The notes beneath the pieces are model-generated. The model was not told the origin of the DNA and did no database searches. It worked only from the letters and a program-made list of their open reading frames with translations. Shown piece after piece: positions 61,184 through 64,000 of a stretch of DNA of 64,000 nucleotides. Source of the stretch: an uncultured Pelagibacteraceae bacterium (GTDB taxonomy: Bacteria; Pseudomonadota; Alphaproteobacteria; Pelagibacterales; Pelagibacteraceae). Within the stretch, counting starts at the first letter, position 1; each line of letters starts with the position of its first letter. The DNA lies in assembly GCA_902597175.1 (NCBI GenBank), contig CACJWN010000003.1:52642-116641 (forward strand), given 5' to 3'. The position numbers were made by a program, and so were the translations under genes.

Positions 61184-63568
61184 TTAATGGGTGCTTATCT
61201 CTTCTTTTGCTTTTTCTTTTTTGCCAATTTGATCAACCTCTACCCAGTCTACTCTTTTAAAAGGTTTTGTTAAAGCAACTTTTAAAACTTCCTCTATATT
61301 TTTCACTGGGATAACTTCAATAGAATCGAGTATTGTTTTTGGGACTTCAACTAAATCTTTTTTGTTTTCTATTGGAATCAAAACTTTTTTTATTCCGGCT
61401 CTGTGAGCTGCTAAAAGTTTTTCTTTTAAACCGCCAATTGGAAGAACTAAACCTCTTAATGTAATTTCACCTGTCATTGCTACATCTTTATTCACTGGAA
61501 TTTCTGTAATTGCAGAAATTATTGATGTGACCATCCCTACACCAGCAGAGGGGCCATCTTTTGGTGTAGCTCCCTCTGGAACGTGTATGTGAAAATCTTT
61601 TTTATCAAACAATGGGGGTATAATACCGTAATCTAAACTTTTAGATCTTATATAAGATTTTGCAGCTTTCACGGACTCCTGCATTACATCACCAAGTTTT
61701 CCTGTAATTTGCATTTTCCCTTTTCCTGGCATTACTGCAGATTCGATTTTAAGAATTTCACCACCTACTTCTGTCCAGGCCAATCCAGTAACGACACCAA
61801 TTCTGTTTTCCTCTTCAATTTCGCCATAGTTAAATTTTTGTACTCCCAATAAATCTTTTAAATCTTTTTCCCCCAAAGAATTGTTGACCTTTTCTTTGTT
61901 ATCGATTTTTTTTACTAATTTTCTTGCTATTTTAGAAATCTCTCTTTCCAAATTTCTTACACCTGACTCTCTTGTGTAGTGTCTTATAATTTTTCTAATA
62001 ATATTTTCATCTACATTCCACTCGTCTTTTTTTAATCCATTATTTTTACTTTGATTAGGTATTAAGAACTTTTGAGAAATTTTAAGTTTTTCGTCTTCTG
62101 TATAACCTGAGAGTCTTATCACTTCCATTCTATCAAGTAATGGAGGTAAAATATTTAAGGTATTAGCAGTAGTCACGAACATTACATCTGACAAATCGTA
62201 ATCAACTTCTAAATAGTGATCATTGAATTCCTTATTTTGTTCTGGGTCCAAAGCCTCTAAAAGCGCTGACGAGGGGTCTCCTCTATAATCATTTCCAACC
62301 TTATCAATTTCATCCAATAAAAAAAGCGGATTTTTAGTACCAGCTTTTTTCATCATTTGAATTATTTTGCCAGGCAGTGATCCAATGTAAGTTCTTCTGT
62401 GACCTCTTATTTCTGCCTCATCTCTAATTCCGCCCAAAGAAATTCTAATAAATTTACGGTTAGTAGCTTTCGCTATTGATTTACCTAAAGAAGTTTTACC
62501 AACACCAGGAGGTCCTACCAAACATAATATTGGGCCCTTCATTTTTTGGATTCTTTTTTGAACAGCTAAAAACTCGATAATTCTCTCTTTTACTTTCTCA
62601 AGACCATAATGATCTTCATCAAGAATTTTTTGAGCGTTATTTAAATCAGTATTTATTTTTGATTTGTTTGACCAAGGCAGCTCTGTCATCCAATCTAGAT
62701 AATTTCTGACAACTGTTGCCTCTGCTGACATCGGGCTCATTGATTTTAATTTTTTCAATTCAGACAAGCACTTTTCTTTCGCTAATTTTGGCATTTTTGC
62801 TTCTGTTATTGCCTTTGATAAATTTGTTAATTCATCTTTACCTTCATCAATTTCTCCCAATTCTTTCTGAATAGCCTTTAATTGTTCGTTAAGATAATAT
62901 TCTCTCTGAGTTTTTTCCATCTGGTTTTTTACTCTTCCACGTATTTTCTTTTCTACTGAAATAACACTAGTTTCTTTTTCAATAAATGTGTGTATTTTTT
63001 CCAATCTTTTTTTAAGATCAACTATTTCTAATAATTCTTGTTTTTCAAAAATTTGAATATTCAGGTTTGAAGAGATGTTATTCGCAATATGAGAAGGATT
63101 TTTCAAATTTTTTAAATTATTTGATCCCTCATTAAATTCTTTTTTGCTTAAAATTTGTAATTTCTCAAATTTTTTCACCAAGCCTGTCGCGAATAATTCT
63201 AGATCTTTTGATATATTTTCGTCTTCTACAACTTCAACTTCGCAGGTTAAGTAATTTTCTTTTTCGTTATTATGTTTTATTATTTTTACTCTCTTTTCAC
63301 CTTCTACAAGCACTTTAACGGTGCCGTCAGGAAGCTTCAAAAGCTGAAGAACTTTACTTAAGCAACCGTATTGAAATAAATCTTTGCTTTCTGGGTCATC
63401 AATTTCAGAATTCTTCTGAGTCACCAAAACAATTGATTTATCCGACTTCATGACCTCTTGAAGAGCTTTAATTGATTTATCTCGACCGACAAATAAAGGA
63501 ACTACCATTGAAGGAAAAATTACAATATCTCTTAAAGGTAATAGAGGTTTAAGATATGTTGTTTTCAT
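61184..63568 (-). CDS. lon: ATP-dependent protease La
   Basis: LPLRD, GPPGVGKTS, GHRRTYIG, PKDGPSAG and IGGLKEK motifs. Confidence 0.98.
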   Translation of the reverse strand: MKTTYLKPLLPLRDIVIFPSMVVPLFVGRDKSIKALQEVMKSDKSIVLVTQKNSEIDDPESKDLFQYGCLSKVLQLLKLPDGTVKVLVEGEKRVKIIKHNNEKENYLTCEVEVVEDENISKDLELFATGLVKKFEKLQILSKKEFNEGSNNLKNLKNPSHIANNISSNLNIQIFEKQELLEIVDLKKRLEKIHTFIEKETSVISVEKKIRGRVKNQMEKTQREYYLNEQLKAIQKELGEIDEGKDELTNLSKAITEAKMPKLAKEKCLSELKKLKSMSPMSAEATVVRNYLDWMTELPWSNKSKINTDLNNAQKILDEDHYGLEKVKERIIEFLAVQKRIQKMKGPILCLVGPPGVGKTSLGKSIAKATNRKFIRISLGGIRDEAEIRGHRRTYIGSLPGKIIQMMKKAGTKNPLFLLDEIDKVGNDYRGDPSSALLEALDPEQNKEFNDHYLEVDYDLSDVMFVTTANTLNILPPLLDRMEVIRLSGYTEDEKLKISQKFLIPNQSKNNGLKKDEWNVDENIIRKIIRHYTRESGVRNLEREISKIARKLVKKIDNKEKVNNSLGEKDLKDLLGVQKFNYGEIEEENRIGVVTGLAWTEVGGEILKIESAVMPGKGKMQITGKLGDVMQESVKAAKSYIRSKSLDYGIIPPLFDKKDFHIHVPEGATPKDGPSAGVGMVTSIISAITEIPVNKDVAMTGEITLRGLVLPIGGLKEKLLAAHRAGIKKVLIPIENKKDLVEVPKTILDSIEVIPVKNIEEVLKVALTKPFKRVDWVEVDQIGKKEKAKEEISTH

Positions 63569-63618
63569 TAACTACTAATATGGCAATTTATTCACCAATT
63601 TCAAGAAACAAATTTAGT

Positions 63619-64000
63619 TTAAGCTACCGATGTTGATGATTTTTTACCATATGTGACAATGGGCTCTGAGTCACCTTTTACTGAAGATTTATCTACCGTA
63701 ACTTTAATTACGTTTTCCATGTCTGGCAATTCAAACATTGTTTTTAACAAAATATTTTCTAATATTGACCTTAACCCTCTAGCTCCTGTTTTTTTTGAAA
63801 TCGCTTTTTTTGCTATCTCAACTATCGCATCCTCTTTGAATTCTAATGATACATTTTCAAATTCAAACAATCTCTGATATTGTTTTATTAAAGAATTTTT
63901 TGGCTCTTTTAAAATTTTAACAAGAGAAAACTCGTCTAAATCATCAAGTGTAGCGATAATTGGCATCCTGCCAATAAATTCCGGAATTAATCCATACTTG
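63619..64000 (-). CDS. clpX: ClpX ATPase, C-terminal part (5' end beyond window)
   Basis: [22 protein letters not shown] and [10 protein letters not shown] motifs; directly upstream of lon. Confidence 0.95.
   Translation of the reverse strand, partial: KYGLIPEFIGRMPIIATLDDLDEFSLVKILKEPKNSLIKQYQRLFEFENVSLEFKEDAIVEIAKKAISKKTGARGLRSILENILLKTMFELPDMENVIKVTVDKSSVKGDSEPIVTYGKKSSTSVA

Noticed and set aside
1-64000. CRISPR arrays, IS elements, prophage or defence genes
   Set aside because: No repeat-spacer arrays, transposase, phage or nuclease-type ORFs recognised; intergenic spaces are too short to hold an array.

Overview
Very AT-rich, tightly packed alphaproteobacterial chromosome segment. Gene order, overlapping start/stop codons and Lys/Ile/Asn-rich proteins are most consistent with SAR11/Pelagibacterales (inference). 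There are three parts. (1) 1-20.3 kb is an accessory catabolic cluster with no regulator or mobility gene in view: a HAAT/Liv-type ABC transporter split across a divergent promoter, two Fe(II)/2OG oxygenases, an acyl-CoA synthetase, a MenB/BadI-like crotonase, an enolase-superfamily enzyme, a CitE-like lyase, a PanE-like reductase, a PanB-like protein lacking its Mg ligands, an atypical SDR, an FAH/MhpD-type hydratase, an HDAC/AcuC-type deacetylase, a GGCT, three tandem Gfo/Idh/MocA enzymes and a bacterial homolog of eukaryotic C11orf54/PTD012 (DUF1907). (2) 20.3-57.1 kb is a minus-strand core block: lpxB/I/A, fabZ, lpxD, skp, bamA, dxr, cdsA, uppS, frr, tsf, rpsB, dnaE, lolD/lolCE, proS, rnj, coaX, birA, nuoA-N, tRNA-Asp and tRNA-Val. 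pyrH and rseP are absent from their usual slots, and a near-consensus Fur-type box sits in the structured tRNA-Asp/nuoA spacer. (3) 57.1-64 kb holds a small glycosylation islet (850-aa ketoreductase-cupin-C-methyltransferase fusion plus a divergent GT17 glycosyltransferase) next to lon and the 3' end of clpX. No CRISPR, IS, integrase or rRNA was seen. All functional calls come from motif recognition by eye, not database searches.
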